Assembly: GCA_963718285.1 (NCBI GenBank)
Contig: CAVQYU010000004.1
Location: forward strand, 86,838 to 150,837
Direction of reading: 5' to 3'
Source: an uncultured Chloroflexia bacterium
Lineage (GTDB): Bacteria > Chloroflexota > Limnocylindria > Limnocylindrales > CSP1-4
Length of the DNA stretch: 64,000 nucleotides
The notes beneath the pieces were generated by a model that had not been told where the DNA came from, searched no databases, and saw nothing but the letters and a program-made list of their open reading frames with translations. The position numbers and the translations under genes are program-made. Within the stretch, counting starts at the first letter, position 1. The number at the start of each line of letters is the position of its first letter. Positions 30,633 through 45,876 of the stretch are shown in pieces.

Positions 30633-32396
30633 TTAGGAGTTGGGCGACGACCGGGCGGTGGTTCGACGTCGGCTGCGGCGCTCGGCCGGCTTGGGATCGG
30701 CAGCCGGCTCGGGGCTCGCTGACCGGGCGGCGGCCTGCGGCCACGGCGGCGGCTTCGGTGGCCTCGCGCTCACGGGCTGCGGCGGCCGCCGCAGTCGCGG
30801 CGGCGAAGGCGCCCATGGCGACATCGGATTCGATCGAAGCCGAAACGTCGGACTGGGCGGGCGCGACCGAGCGACCGGCGCGACCACGGGTGGCGAGGCA
30901 GCCGGGCTCTGGCGGGGCGCCGGCGGCGCGATCGTATCCTCGGGCGACTGGAGGGTCGTCCGGTGGATCCAGCCCTCGGTCCCGAGGGGCGTCCGGACCT
31001 GGACCCAGGCGCCCCGCCGCTCGAGCAGCTCGACCTCGTCGTTGGCCTGGAGCTGGCCGACCTGCGTGCCCCGGATCTCATCGGGGATGTCGGTGAGCGC
31101 CACCAGGTCGTAGCGCACGATCCGGCGTTCGAGGCCGGTGCTGGTCGCCCGGGCGAAGGTCATCGCCGGCGAGGGCAGGGCCGTGATCTTGGGCGTCTCA
31201 TAGCGCGCCGTCTTGAGCGACGGCCTGCGCCAGCGGGGCATCAGCGCCTCGCCATACGGCTCGTCCAGGGCTGTGCTGGGTGCCGCCGCGATGGCGGCCG
31301 CCGACGTGGGCACCATCGGCGGGACGACCGGGATGACCGGGGCGGCCTTGTCGGCCTTCGACTTCCTGGCCTTGTCCGACTTGCCTGGCTTGGCCACGAC
31401 CGCTGCCGCGAGCGGCAGCGCCGGCGATGCCCCCTGGGCAGCGGCCCCTTGGGCGGCGGTCCGCCCGGCAACGGCGGGGCGACGCCACCGGCTGGCTCGG
31501 GCCCTCGGCGACGCTTGCGGGCAGAGGATCCAGAGCCACATCGCGACCATCGTCGAGGCGGCCAGCAGGATCAGGAGCGGCAGGCCGCCGCTGCTCGACG
31601 ATGAACCGGGCAGAAGCGGGCCGGCCGCACTGGGCGGGGTGCTGGGGCCGGCACTCGAGCCGCCGCCGATTGCCCCGATCAGGCCGTCGGTCGGGCTCGC
31701 CAGTCGCCTGGCCCGGGGTCGCCACCGGGCGCGGGCGTGGCGGCCGGGGTGCTGGCCGCGGTCGGCCTCGGAGTCGTCTTGGGCGTCACCCTGAGGCGTC
31801 GGCCTGGGCGTTGGCTTGGGGGTCGGCTTGGGCGTTGGCTTGGGCGTCGGCTTGGGCGTGGGCTTGGGCGTCGGCGTCGTCGTCACGATCGGAGTGGGTG
31901 CACCGTGTTAGGCAGCGAAATGGATGTCGGCGCGTGGCCAGGTCGTCGCGGTGCCGTACGAGCTGACCGATCCCGGTCATGTGCTGGTCAGCAGTGAACG
32001 AGTACTTCCACGGCCCGGCGCTAGCGGGGTCGAATACGTGAATGTCACGCCCGTTGTGTTCAGACGCGGGTCGCCAGCAGCTGGGGTTGCCCGCCGACCG
32101 GTGTCGCGGGACGGGTCGATTGTGGACAGATGGCGACGTGATCGTCACGTCGCGCAGCGCGGCCCGCGTCTGCGGGCTGGTAGTCGTAGTAGACGACGGA
32201 GAACTGGAAGGGTCGAGGTGTCGTGCCCCCAGACGGGCGTCACGCGTCCCAGCACAGGTCCGTCTTGTAGGGCGTAGAACCGATTGGATTTGACGATGAG
32301 CACACCAGCGGCCAATGCCGGGCGCGCCGGAGCAGTGACCGTCAGTCCGACGGCCAGCAGCAGCGCCGCCAACGTTGCGACAGTGGCCCGAATCAC
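30633..32396 (-). CDS. Single-pass membrane protein: signal peptide, extracellular domain, PKPT linker, TM helix, C-terminal SH3-like domain (indels)
   Basis: Signal ..LLAVGLTV..ALA; (PKPT)n; TM LPLLILLAASTMVAMWLWIL; SH3 pattern DEVELLERRGAWVQVRTPLGTEGWI. Confidence 0.7.
31795..31876 (-). repeat. 12-bp coding tandem repeat (PKPT)n
   Basis: About 7 units of GGCTTGGGCGTY-like 12-mers. Confidence 0.85.
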
Positions 32397-32589
32397 AATG
32401 GTTGTTGCTTCTCCACGGCGTGGTCGCCCGAGCCTAGATCGGGCCGGGACCAATGTCCGTGGCCTATCCGTCCCGTTCGGTCGTAACCCTTTCGGGGACC
32501 GAGTGGGTCCTGCATGCACCACCCCCGTCCCCGGACCCGGCTCGCCGGCTCGTCCGCCGCGAGCCGCGCCGGTCGCCTAGAATCGATCG

Positions 32590-33473
32590 ATGGAACGGAT
32601 TGGCTTCGTTGGCCTGGGGACGATGGGCGCGGCCATGGCCGGCCACCTGGTGCGCTCCGCGGGCTCGGCCACCGTCTGGAACCGGAGCCCGGGCCGGGCC
32701 GCCGAGCTGGTCGAGCCTTGGGGCGATCGAGGTCGACAGCCCCGCGGCTGTGGCGTCGGCCAGCGACGTGGTCGTGCTGTGCGTGTCCGACACGCCCGAC
32801 GTCGAGTCGGTCCTGTTCGGGCCGGAGGGGCTGGCCGAGCGGGGCCAGCCCGGGCAGCCTGGTGATCGATTGCTCGACGATCGCCCCGGGCGCCACCCGG
32901 GACATGGCCGCCCGGCTGGCCGGCCAGGGGGTCCAGTTCGCCGACGCGCCCGTGTCGGGCGGCTCCGAGGGCGCCCAGAAGGCGACCCTGACGATCTTCG
33001 TCGGCGCCGAGCCGGCCGTCTTCGAGCGGGCTCGGCCGGTCCTCGAGGTCATGGGCAAGACGATCACCCACGTCGGTCCGGTCGGCAACGGCCAGGCGAC
33101 GAAGGCCGTCAACCAGGTGATCCTGGCCGGCACCTACCTGGGCGTGGCCGAAGGGATCGTCCTGGCCATCAAGGCCGGGCTGGATGTGGAGCAGGTGGTC
33201 GGTGCCCTCGGCGGCGGCGCCGCCCAGAGCTGGGTCCTGGCCAACCGCAGCGGCCGGATGCTGGCCAACGACTATCCGCTCGGCTTCAAGATCGAGCTCC
33301 ACCTCAAGGACCTGGGCATCGCCCTGGGCCTGGCGACCGAGTCCGGCGCCGAGCTGCCGGTCACCGAGCTGTGCGCCGAGATCGAGCGCGGCCTGGTGGC
33401 CGAGGGCCATGGCGACGACGACATCTCGGCCGTGGCCCGCCGGATCCGGGCCCTGGCCGGCCTGCCCGCCTGA
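32590..33473 (+). CDS. NAD(P)-dependent beta-hydroxyacid dehydrogenase, 3-hydroxyisobutyrate/tartronate semialdehyde reductase family (indels)
   Basis: IGFVGLGTMG, WNRS, IDCST, DAPVSGG, KAVNQ and KDL. Confidence 0.9.
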
Positions 33474-33474
33474 G

Positions 33475-34665
33475 CTAGCTGCCGGGCGCCCCGAGGAGCA
33501 GGAGCGGCTCGCCCAGCTTGCCCGAGTAGATCGGCCGGAAGCGTTCCGTGTCGTACATCGTGGCGACGTCGACCGAGCGGGGCGGAACGCCCGGCTCGGG
33601 CAGGTGGGTCTGGGCGTAGCGGCCGTCCCGGATCGCGACCATCCGGCCGCTCACGCCGTCCCGGATCAGGTCCATGGCCACGTTGGCAAAGGTCATCGCG
33701 ACCATCTGGTCGAGCTGGTCGGCCTCGCCGCTGCGCAGGTCGTAGGTCAGCTCGCTGGCGACGGACTCGATGCCGGTCCGCTTGCGCAGCTCGTCGGCCA
33801 GGACCTCGCCGATGTTGACCTTGTGGCGATGGCCGAACGAGTCCGCCTCGCCCCATTCGGCCAGGGTCGGCGCCCTGCCAGATCGCGCCCTCGGCCGTGA
33901 TCACGAACGCATACCGGCTGGGGTTGTTGTGCCAGTCGGCCTTGAGCAGCTCGGCCAGCGCGTCCAGGTCGAACGGCGCCTCGGGGATGACGCAGCGACC
34001 CGAGGCGACATAGGCCGTGAACAGGGCGGTGAAGCCACAATCTCGGCCGAAGATCCGGAAGACGCCGATCCGCTCGTGCGAACCCGAGGGTGGTCCGCTG
34101 CCGGTTGATCAGCTCCTTGGCCCGGGTGATCGCCGTCGAGAAGCCGATGCAGTACTCGGTGCCCTGGACGTCGTTGTCCATCGTCTTGGGGATGCCCGTC
34201 AATGGGAATCCCCGCGTCGACCAGGACCCGGGCGAAGCTGAGGGTGTCGTCGCCGCCGATGGCGACCAGGTGGTCGATCCCGAGGGCCTCGATGTGATCC
34301 AGGACGAGCGGAGTCAGGTCGATAGCGGTCCTCGCCCGCTGGCGTACTGGGCGGCGTCGGCCGGGGCCAGCCAGGCCGGCAGGTTGCGGCCGGCGATCTT
34401 GCGCGGGTTGGTCCGCGAGGTGTGCAGCCACGTCCCGCCGGTCCGGTCGATCGTCCTGGTGTTGATCCGATCCAGCCGCCGGACGTAGGCCGGGTCGAGG
34501 TCCGGGCCCGGGCTGCATGTGGGTCAGTCCTTCCCAGCCACGGCGGATGCCGAGGACGTCGTAGCCCAGCTCGGTCGAGCGATAGACCACGCCCTTGATG
34601 ACCGAGTTGAGGCCCGGCACGTCGCCGCCGCCCGTGAGAATCCCGATCCGCCGGGTCCGGGCCAT
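33475..34665 (-). CDS. pfkA: 6-phosphofructokinase, probably PPi-dependent (indels)
   Basis: [24 protein letters not shown] and LTYDLRSG. Confidence 0.88.
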
Positions 34666-34723
34666 GCACTGCTCCTTCGTCAATTGTTGCGTCGACTGAA
34701 TCGTACTCGGCTACCATCCCCCC

Positions 34724-35225
34724 ATGAACTACGAGCTGTTCATGGGCGAAGCGTTGGCCGAAGCGGGCCTGGCCCTGGCCGCCGGCGAGCGGCCGGTGGC
34801 CGCCGTGGCTGTCGTCAACGATGCCATGGTCGCCCGCGCCCGCGATCGGGTCCAGCGCGACCAAGGACCCGACGGCCCACGCCGTCGTGACCGCCCTGCG
34901 TGAGGCGGCCCGCCGGCTGGGTCCCGGTGCGCTCGCCGATGCGACCGTGTTCTGCACCCGCGAACCCTGTCCGATGTGCGTCGGTGCCCTGCTCGAGAGC
35001 GACGTCGGGGCGCTCGTCTACGCCGTCCCGAACATCGTCGACGGGGCCGCCGGAACGGTCATCCAGCTTGCCCAGCACCCGGGCCTGCGCCGCCGGCTCC
35101 AGGTCGTCAGCGGCATTCGCCAGGCCGAGGCCGAGGAGCTCTTCGCCAGCCACCGGGCGGCGCTGGGCGTCGCCGATGGCTACGCTGCCGGGCTGGCCGA
35201 AGAGGGGCTCGCGGCCCGGGCCTGA
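34724..35225 (+). CDS. tadA: TadA-family deaminase homolog lacking the catalytic Glu (indel near 34855)
   Basis: FMGEAL..GERPVAAV..DPTAHAV..EPCPMCVGAL; syntenic with tRNA-Ser, SRP RNA, dnaX, ybaB and recR. Confidence 0.85.
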
Positions 35226-35247
35226 GCCGCTTTGGTATCCTCCCCGC

Positions 35248-35333
<86 letters not shown>

Positions 35334-35380
35334 ACGTTCCCTACCGGTCGGCTCCGACGGCCGCGTCGCGACGTCATTCC

Positions 35381-35468
35381 GGAGAGGTCGCCTAGTGGCC
35401 TATGGCGCCGCATTGGAAATGCGGTTCGGGGCAACCCGTCGGGGGTTCGAATCCCCCCCTCTCCGCCA
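35381..35468 (+). tRNA. tRNA-Ser(GGA)
   Basis: Anticodon loop TTGGAAA, variable arm, CCA. Confidence 0.95.
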
Positions 35469-35540
35469 TCACCGCGAGTCCGGCTCGCAAGCACGCTGGC
35501 CCTGGTCGGACCCGGCCGGCGCCCCTGCTATGATTCCGGG

Positions 35541-35806
35541 GCCGTGCTAGGCGGGGAACTAGCGGTGCCCTGTACCTGCAATCCGCTCCAGCAGGGCTGA
35601 ATTCCCTCCCGAGGTCTCCGTTCTCGAAAGCCGCTGTCACGAGCGACGTTGAGGGCCGGGTCCCGCGCAGCGGCGACTCGTGAACCGTGTCAGGTCCGGA
35701 AGGAAGCAGCACTAAGCGATCTTCGCCGGGTGCCGCGGAACGGCCTGGTCCGAGCCGCTTGTGATGGAGGGCGCGGGGGCGTTCTGGTCGACGGAGGGTG
35801 CACGGC
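35541..35806 (+). ncRNA. ffs: Large (Alu-domain-containing) bacterial SRP RNA
   Basis: GCCGTGC/GCACGGC closing helix; Alu-like GCGGTGCCCTGTACCTGCAATCCGC; helix 8 TCAGGTCCGGAAGGAAGCAGCA; TATGAT -10 upstream. Confidence 0.93.
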
Positions 35807-35861
35807 AATCTGAACCTGGTGGACGGCTCTTGAACCCGACCGAGCTCGCAGCCCGGTCCCG

Positions 35862-37561
35862 GTGAGCCGACGCGTGCTCGCCCCGCACCGGGCGCTGTAC
35901 CGCCGCTGGCGGGCCCAGACGTTCTGCGGAGATCGTCGGCCAGGAAGCCGTGGTCACCACCCTCCGGAATGCCGTCCGCACCAACCGGCTGGCCCACGGC
36001 CTGCTGTTCGTCGGGCCGCGGGGCACGGGCAAGACCTCGCTCGCCCGGATCGTGGCCAAGGCCATCAACTGCCCCTTCGTAGCCGACGGGGAGCCTGCGA
36101 CGTGTGCGAAGCGTGCGTGGCCATCCGCGAGGGTCGGGCGCTCGACGTGATCGAGATGGACGCCGCCTCGAACAACAAGGTCGACGACATGCGGGAGCTG
36201 CTCGAGCGGACCTGGACCGCTCCGTCCGACCTGGCCCGCAAGGTCTACATCGTCGACGAGGTCCAGCGGATCAAGGAGGGCTGGGACGTCCTTCTCAAGA
36301 CCCTCGAGGAGCCGCCCGACCATGTCGTGTTCATCTTCTGCACGACCGATGCCAGCCAGATCCGGCCGGCCGTCCTGTCCCGTGTCCAGCGCTTCGACTT
36401 CACTCGCCTGAGCGTCGACCAGATCGCCGGCAAGCTCGACCGGATCCTGGCCGCCGACGGCCGGACCGCCGAGCCCGGGGCCGTCCAGCTGGTCGCCCGG
36501 CTGGCCGCCGGGGGGATGCGCGACGCCGAGTCGATCCTCGACCAGGTGCTGGCGTCGGGGGACGAGCTCCTGACCGAGGCCCAGGTCGGCGAGCTGCTCG
36601 GCCTGGTCGACGCCGAGACCGTGACCGGCTTTCTGGACGCGCTCGTGCGGGGCGATGCCCTGGCCGGCCTGGCCGCGATCGACGGCCTCGAGGAGCGCGG
36701 CCGCGACCTCCACGTCTTCCTCGACCAGGTCGTCGACGCCGTCCGCCTCGCGCTGACCAGCCGCCTCGGTGGCGGACCGGCGGCCAATCCGGGCAGCCCG
36801 GGGTCGGTCTCGGACGCCTGGCCCATCGCGAGCCTGATCGCTGTCGCGCGCCGGCTGGCGGCGATCGACCCGAGCCGGGCCATCGATCGGGGGGCTGCGC
36901 TTCCAGCTCGAGCTGGCCCTCCTCGAAGCCAGTCCTCGCCCCGAGCTTGCCCCGCCTGCGCCGGCAGCCTGCCACGGCCCAGCCCGCGGCGACGAAGCGG
37001 GCCAAGGCCCCCGAACCGGCGGTCGAACCGGTCGTCGGGCCGGCCGAGCCGGCCGTCGAGCCGGGTAAAGGCGCGCCAGCCGAGCCGCCTGCCAAGGCAC
37101 CGGTCGCAGTCCCTGTGGCGTCGGGCCGGCCGACTCGGCCAAGGTCCGGGCGAACGGCCCGATTGGAACCTCCGCTCGCCGCGGATGGACCGGTCGCTGC
37201 CGCCGACGCGAGCCCGGGCCTGGCCAGCCTGATCGAGGCCTGGCCCCGGATCGTGGCCGAGCTGAGCAGCAGCCCGCCGATGAAGCCGCTGGTCGAGGCC
37301 TGCCGGCCGATCGAGATGACCGGCAACCAGGTGGTCCTCGGCTTCCCCGAGGGCAAGGCCTTCCTGCGCGACGTCGCCGAGCGTCGCCGGACCCACCTCG
37401 AGGAAGGCATCGGGCGGGTCCTCGGCCGCCCCGTGGCCGTCCGGCTCGTGGCGACCAACCTCGACCTGCTGCCCGCACCGGCGGCCGAGGAGGCCGATCT
37501 CCTGACGATGGCCCGCCGGATCTTCGCCGACGACCTGGTCGATGCCGACGAGGTCCGCTGA
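35862..37561 (+). CDS. dnaX: DNA polymerase III gamma/tau (indels)
   Basis: [16 protein letters not shown], Cxx[17 protein letters not shown] and GGMRDA. Confidence 0.93.
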
Positions 37562-37635
37562 GACTGGGCCTGCAGCTGCCCGCGTCATCCGCCAGACTGT
37601 CCAGCGCATAGCGACTCACGGAGGGTTCAGCGCAC

Positions 37636-37941
37636 ATGAGCATGGCCAACCTGCAGCGGATGGCACAGCAGATGCAGCAGGAGATGCTGCGGGTCCAGGG
37701 CGAGCTCGCCACGCTGACCGTCGATGGCTCGGCCGGCGGCGGCGTGGTCAAGGCGACCGTCACCGGCAAGCAGGAGCTGGTCAGCGTCACGATCGACCCG
37801 TCGGCCGTCGATCCGGCCGACGTCGAGATGCTCCAGGACCTGGTCACGGCGGCCGTCAACGACGCGCTCAATGCCTCGCGTGAGCTGGCCGAGTCGAAGA
37901 TGGCGGCCGTGACCGGCGGCATGCGCCTGCCGGGGATGTAG
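37636..37941 (+). CDS. ybaB: YbaB/EbfC nucleoid-associated protein
   Basis: AQQMQ..GSAGGGVVK..DVEMLQDLV; located between dnaX and recR. Confidence 0.95.
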   Translation: MSMANLQRMAQQMQQEMLRVQGELATLTVDGSAGGGVVKATVTGKQELVSVTIDPSAVDPADVEMLQDLVTAAVNDALNASRELAESKMAAVTGGMRLPGM

Positions 37942-37952
37942 GCGGAGCCGGC

Positions 37953-38576
37953 GTGTCCAGCCCTGTCATCGAGCCCGTCGCGCGCCTGATCGAGGCGTTC
38001 TCGCGCCTGCCCGGCATCGGACCGAAGACGGCCCAGCGCCTGACCTTCCACCTCCTCCGGGCGCCCGACGCCGAGGCCCGGGTGCTGGCCGCTGCGCTGG
38101 TCGCGGTACGCGACGAGGTCGTCTTCTGCGATCGCTGCTTCAACATCAGCGATGCCCCGCTCTGCCCGCTGTGTCGCGACCCGGCCCGTGACGGCCGCCG
38201 GCTGTGCGTCGTCGAGGAGCCGCTGGATGTCCTGGCCCTGGAGCGGACCGGCGAGTTCAAGGGCCTCTACCACGTCCTCCACGGGGCGATCTCGCCGATC
38301 GACGGGATCGGCCCGGAGCGCCTCCGGATCGCGGAGCTGCTGCGCCGGGTCGAGGAGGCGTTCGCCGCCGGCGAGCCATTCGAGGAGGTCATCCTGGCCA
38401 CCAACCCGACCCTCGAGGGCGAGGCGACCGCGATGTTCCTGGACGAGCGACTCGACGGCCGCGTTGGCAGCGTCAGCCGGATCGCCCGGGGCATTCCGGT
38501 CGGCGGCGACCTCGAGTACGCCGACGAGGTGACCCTGATCCGGGCCCTCCAGGGCCGTCGCGCGATCCGGGCCTAG
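37953..38576 (+). CDS. recR: Recombination protein RecR
   Basis: LPGIGPKTAQRL, C4 Zn finger, YHVLHG and Toprim ATNPTLEGEAT. Confidence 0.97.
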   Translation: MSSPVIEPVARLIEAFSRLPGIGPKTAQRLTFHLLRAPDAEARVLAAALVAVRDEVVFCDRCFNISDAPLCPLCRDPARDGRRLCVVEEPLDVLALERTGEFKGLYHVLHGAISPIDGIGPERLRIAELLRRVEEAFAAGEPFEEVILATNPTLEGEATAMFLDERLDGRVGSVSRIARGIPVGGDLEYADEVTLIRALQGRRAIRA

Positions 38577-38591
38577 GCCGAGCCTGCAGCC

Positions 38592-38777
38592 GTGAGCAAC
38601 CTGGTCAACGAGATCCTGCTCCGCCTGGCCAAGGCCGGAGCGGCGGCCCTGGTCGGGCTGCTGGTCTACCTGCTCGCGATCGGCCCGGGCGGTGCGGCCG
38701 GCTCGGTCGAGCTCGCCCTGCTGTGCTGGATGTCGGGTGCGGCCTTCGTCCTGCTGGTCGAGTCCTCGCCCTTCTGA
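38592..38777 (+). CDS. Small two-TM hypothetical protein
   Basis: 61-aa ORF with GC3-biased codons and two hydrophobic segments. Confidence 0.7.
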   Translation: MSNLVNEILLRLAKAGAAALVGLLVYLLAIGPGGAAGSVELALLCWMSGAAFVLLVESSPF

Positions 38778-38820
38778 CGGCGGGCCATCGGCCCAGGCCC
38801 GGTTGGCCGGCGAGCATCGT

Positions 38821-38949
38821 TTGACACCCCCGCCAGGCTCACCTACCATTCGGCCTCGCGCCCCCGGAATTGCCGGGTCTCCGCTCGGGCCGGATCACCG
38901 GTCCACCCGTCCCCGTCGTTTGACAGGGCGGGTTCCGATGCGTCAACAT
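38821..38949 (+). promoter_or_regulatory. Tandem rrn promoters P1/P2
   Basis: TTGACA-17-TACCAT (38821-38849) and TTGACA-18-CAACAT (38920-38949); boxA-like TGCACCTTAACAA near 38987. Confidence 0.7.
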
Positions 38950-39086
38950 TGACGCTTGCGCCCGGTGCATTCGTGCCCCGGACCGCTGCACCTTAACAAT
39001 TGAAGAGTGACAGGAAATCCGGGTAAGGAAATGTGCGAGCGGTCAAACCCTCGAAATTGGAGTCCCGGCCGCAAGGTCGGGTCTTT

Positions 39087-40589
<1,503 letters not shown>

Positions 40590-40852
40590 GGGAGATCCGA
40601 GTCGAAGACGTTTGGTGGGTCTTCGGCGTTGATGGCTCCTAGGGTTGATCGCAGGGTCGTTCGCGTCTTCCGCCAGGTGGGACGCGCCGGCCGGTTCCTT
40701 CGGGATCCGGACGGAGGCCAATCTGCGAACGTGGTAAGAAACACCGAAACCCGTTCAAACATTCCGAGCCCGATATTTCCTGTCACTCTTCAATCGTTAA
40801 GGGTGCAGCCGCCGGCCGACGACGTGTCGACCCGAGTCGGCACGGCCCCGGC

Positions 40853-40929
40853 GGGCGTTTAGCTCAGCTGGTTAGAGCACTGCCCTGATAAGGCAGAGGT
40901 CTCTGGTTCGAGTCCAGAAACGCCCACCA
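40853..40929 (+). tRNA. tRNA-Ile(GAT)
   Basis: In the ITS; anticodon loop CTGATAA. Confidence 0.96.
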
Positions 40930-40943
40930 CCTCCTACCGGCAA

Positions 40944-41019
40944 GGGGACGTAGCTCAGTTGGCAGAGCATCTCCTTTGCAAGGAGAGGGTCAGGAGTTCG
41001 AGTCTCCTCGTCTCCACCA
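40944..41019 (+). tRNA. tRNA-Ala(TGC)
   Basis: In the ITS; anticodon loop TTTGCAA; G3-U70. Confidence 0.96.
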
Positions 41020-41365
41020 ACAACTGCCGGATCGCCGAAGTTCCACGCCACCCTTGAACCAAATCGAATAGCACCGCTCGAGCCTGGATCCGGAGACGCC
41101 GGCCGGACTCGAGCACTGATCTGTCAGCGCATCAAGCCCTTGATCCGTGCCCTCGAGATTCGAGGCCACCGACCAGCGGTTCGCTGGAGACGATCCCGGC
41201 CTCGTGCCGAGCTCGTGGCCCGTTTCGGCGGGCAGCACCTTTACAACTGGAAGATGTCGTTCGGTAGTAAATCGAATCTTCGATTTCGCCGAGTTAATTT
41301 CAAGGTGTAATCCCAAAACAAATGGAGCCCCTCGGCGGCTGATCGCTTGATCAGAGGCTGAAGGG

Positions 41366-44441
<3,076 letters not shown>

Positions 44442-44571
44442 TCTTCAGCTACTGATCAAGGATCAGCGGCTGGCTCCGAAGGGATTCACCGCGTGCCAGG
44501 GGCACGCCGGAATGAACTCGTCGAGATCGAAGACTTCAGACCGCCGAACGACATCGACCAGACGCATGAAA

Positions 44572-44689
<118 letters not shown>

Positions 44690-45155
44690 TTTTTGCGTTT
44701 CAGGGGTCTCCGGCGCCGGCGAGCCCGGGTCGCCCATCCGTCCCGCGGCCCGGCCACCGGCCAGTGCCGTCGGACGTCGACGCCGCCGGACCACCCCGTC
44801 AGGCCCGGAGGACGACCGGATTCGCCCTGCGAGGCCCCTGCGGCGGCTCGAAGGCCGCTCGGCTCGCCCTGTGCAGGATTGGCTTCCGGGGCCAGGCAGG
44901 GCCGCGCGAAAGCACCAGCCGTTGATGCCAAATTCCGCTGACAGCCGCCTTATGGTGGCTCGACCTCGGCCGTTGCTCCTACTCCGCAGGGCGCGGCCGA
45001 CGTGCGTGACCATCCGGCCTGACCCGCGAGACCACCCGTCGAAGCCACGGTCGACCATAGGGCGCCCTGACGGAGGCCGACCGAGGCGAGCCGTCTTCCG
45101 TCGTGCGAGCCCGCCGGACGCCCAACGAGCCGCGGCGGACCGTTATCCTTACCCG

Positions 45156-45851
45156 ATGACCGAGCCGAACGACGAGCTGGCCACGCCACTGCCGCGGACG
45201 ACCGCGAGCCGTCCGAGCTCGCCTCGCCGGTCTCGACCGCGACCCCGTCGAGGCAGCCGACCGCCGGATCCGCCGGGCCTCCCAACCGGCGCCGCCGCCA
45301 CGTCGCCCGCCGCCGCCACGGCCCGTGCCGCCGACGTCACCGGCGCCGCCGCGTCACCCGCTGTGGCTGCCACGATCCTCGTCGGTCGGCGTCACTTCGC
45401 CCGGACGACGCCGGTCGTCGTCGACCGCGGCCGGGCCTCGTTTGGCCTGCCCTCACTCGCCGATCGTCGCCAGGCCGGCCAGATCGGACTGGTCGTGCTG
45501 ATGATTGCGGCCCTCGGCGCGATCCTTCTGGCGCGCGGCGGCGGGACGGGGTCGCCCGGGATCGCCGGTGGTGGCTCGCCTTCGCCCCAGGCCTCGCTCG
45601 CCGCCAGCCCGCAGCCGACGCCCCGGCCATCGCCGTCGCCGTCCGGCAGTGCCGGTCCCGGCCCGAGCGCCGCCCCGGCCAGTGCCAAGCCGTCGCCGAC
45701 GGCCAAGCCGCGGACCTACACCGTCAAGTCCGGCGACACCTTGTCCGGGATCGCCAGTCGCTTCCACACGACCCCCAAGGCGATCGAGCGGGCCAACGGC
45801 CTCAAGAGCCCGTACGTGATCCATCCCGGTCAGGTCCTCAAGCTGCCCTGA
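45156..45851 (+). CDS. Membrane-anchored LysM-domain protein
   Basis: TM helix, Pro/Ser linker, C-terminal YTVKSGDTLSGIA...IHPGQVLKLP; the N-terminal frame may carry indels. Confidence 0.85.
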   Translation: MTEPNDELATPLPRTTASRPSSPRRSRPRPRRGSRPPDPPGLPTGAAATSPAAATARAADVTGAAASPAVAATILVGRRHFARTTPVVVDRGRASFGLPSLADRRQAGQIGLVVLMIAALGAILLARGGGTGSPGIAGGGSPSPQASLAASPQPTPRPSPSPSGSAGPGPSAAPASAKPSPTAKPRTYTVKSGDTLSGIASRFHTTPKAIERANGLKSPYVIHPGQVLKLP

Positions 45852-45876
45852 GCCTTGCTGCGACGGGCGCCCGCGA

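Noticed and set aside
32400-32520. c-di-GMP riboswitch upstream of the SH3 protein or flp
   Set aside because: A GAAA hairpin is present, but the GGCAAA/GACGCAAA consensus elements are missing.
36890-36930. Programmed frameshift in dnaX (gamma/tau)
   Set aside because: No A-AAA-AAG or poly-A slippery site is visible, and the shifts look like the surrounding indel noise.
35712-38849. Long antisense ORFs (for example 1045 aa here and 833 aa opposite clpC)
   Set aside because: These are shadow frames caused by high GC3 and few stop codons opposite real genes.
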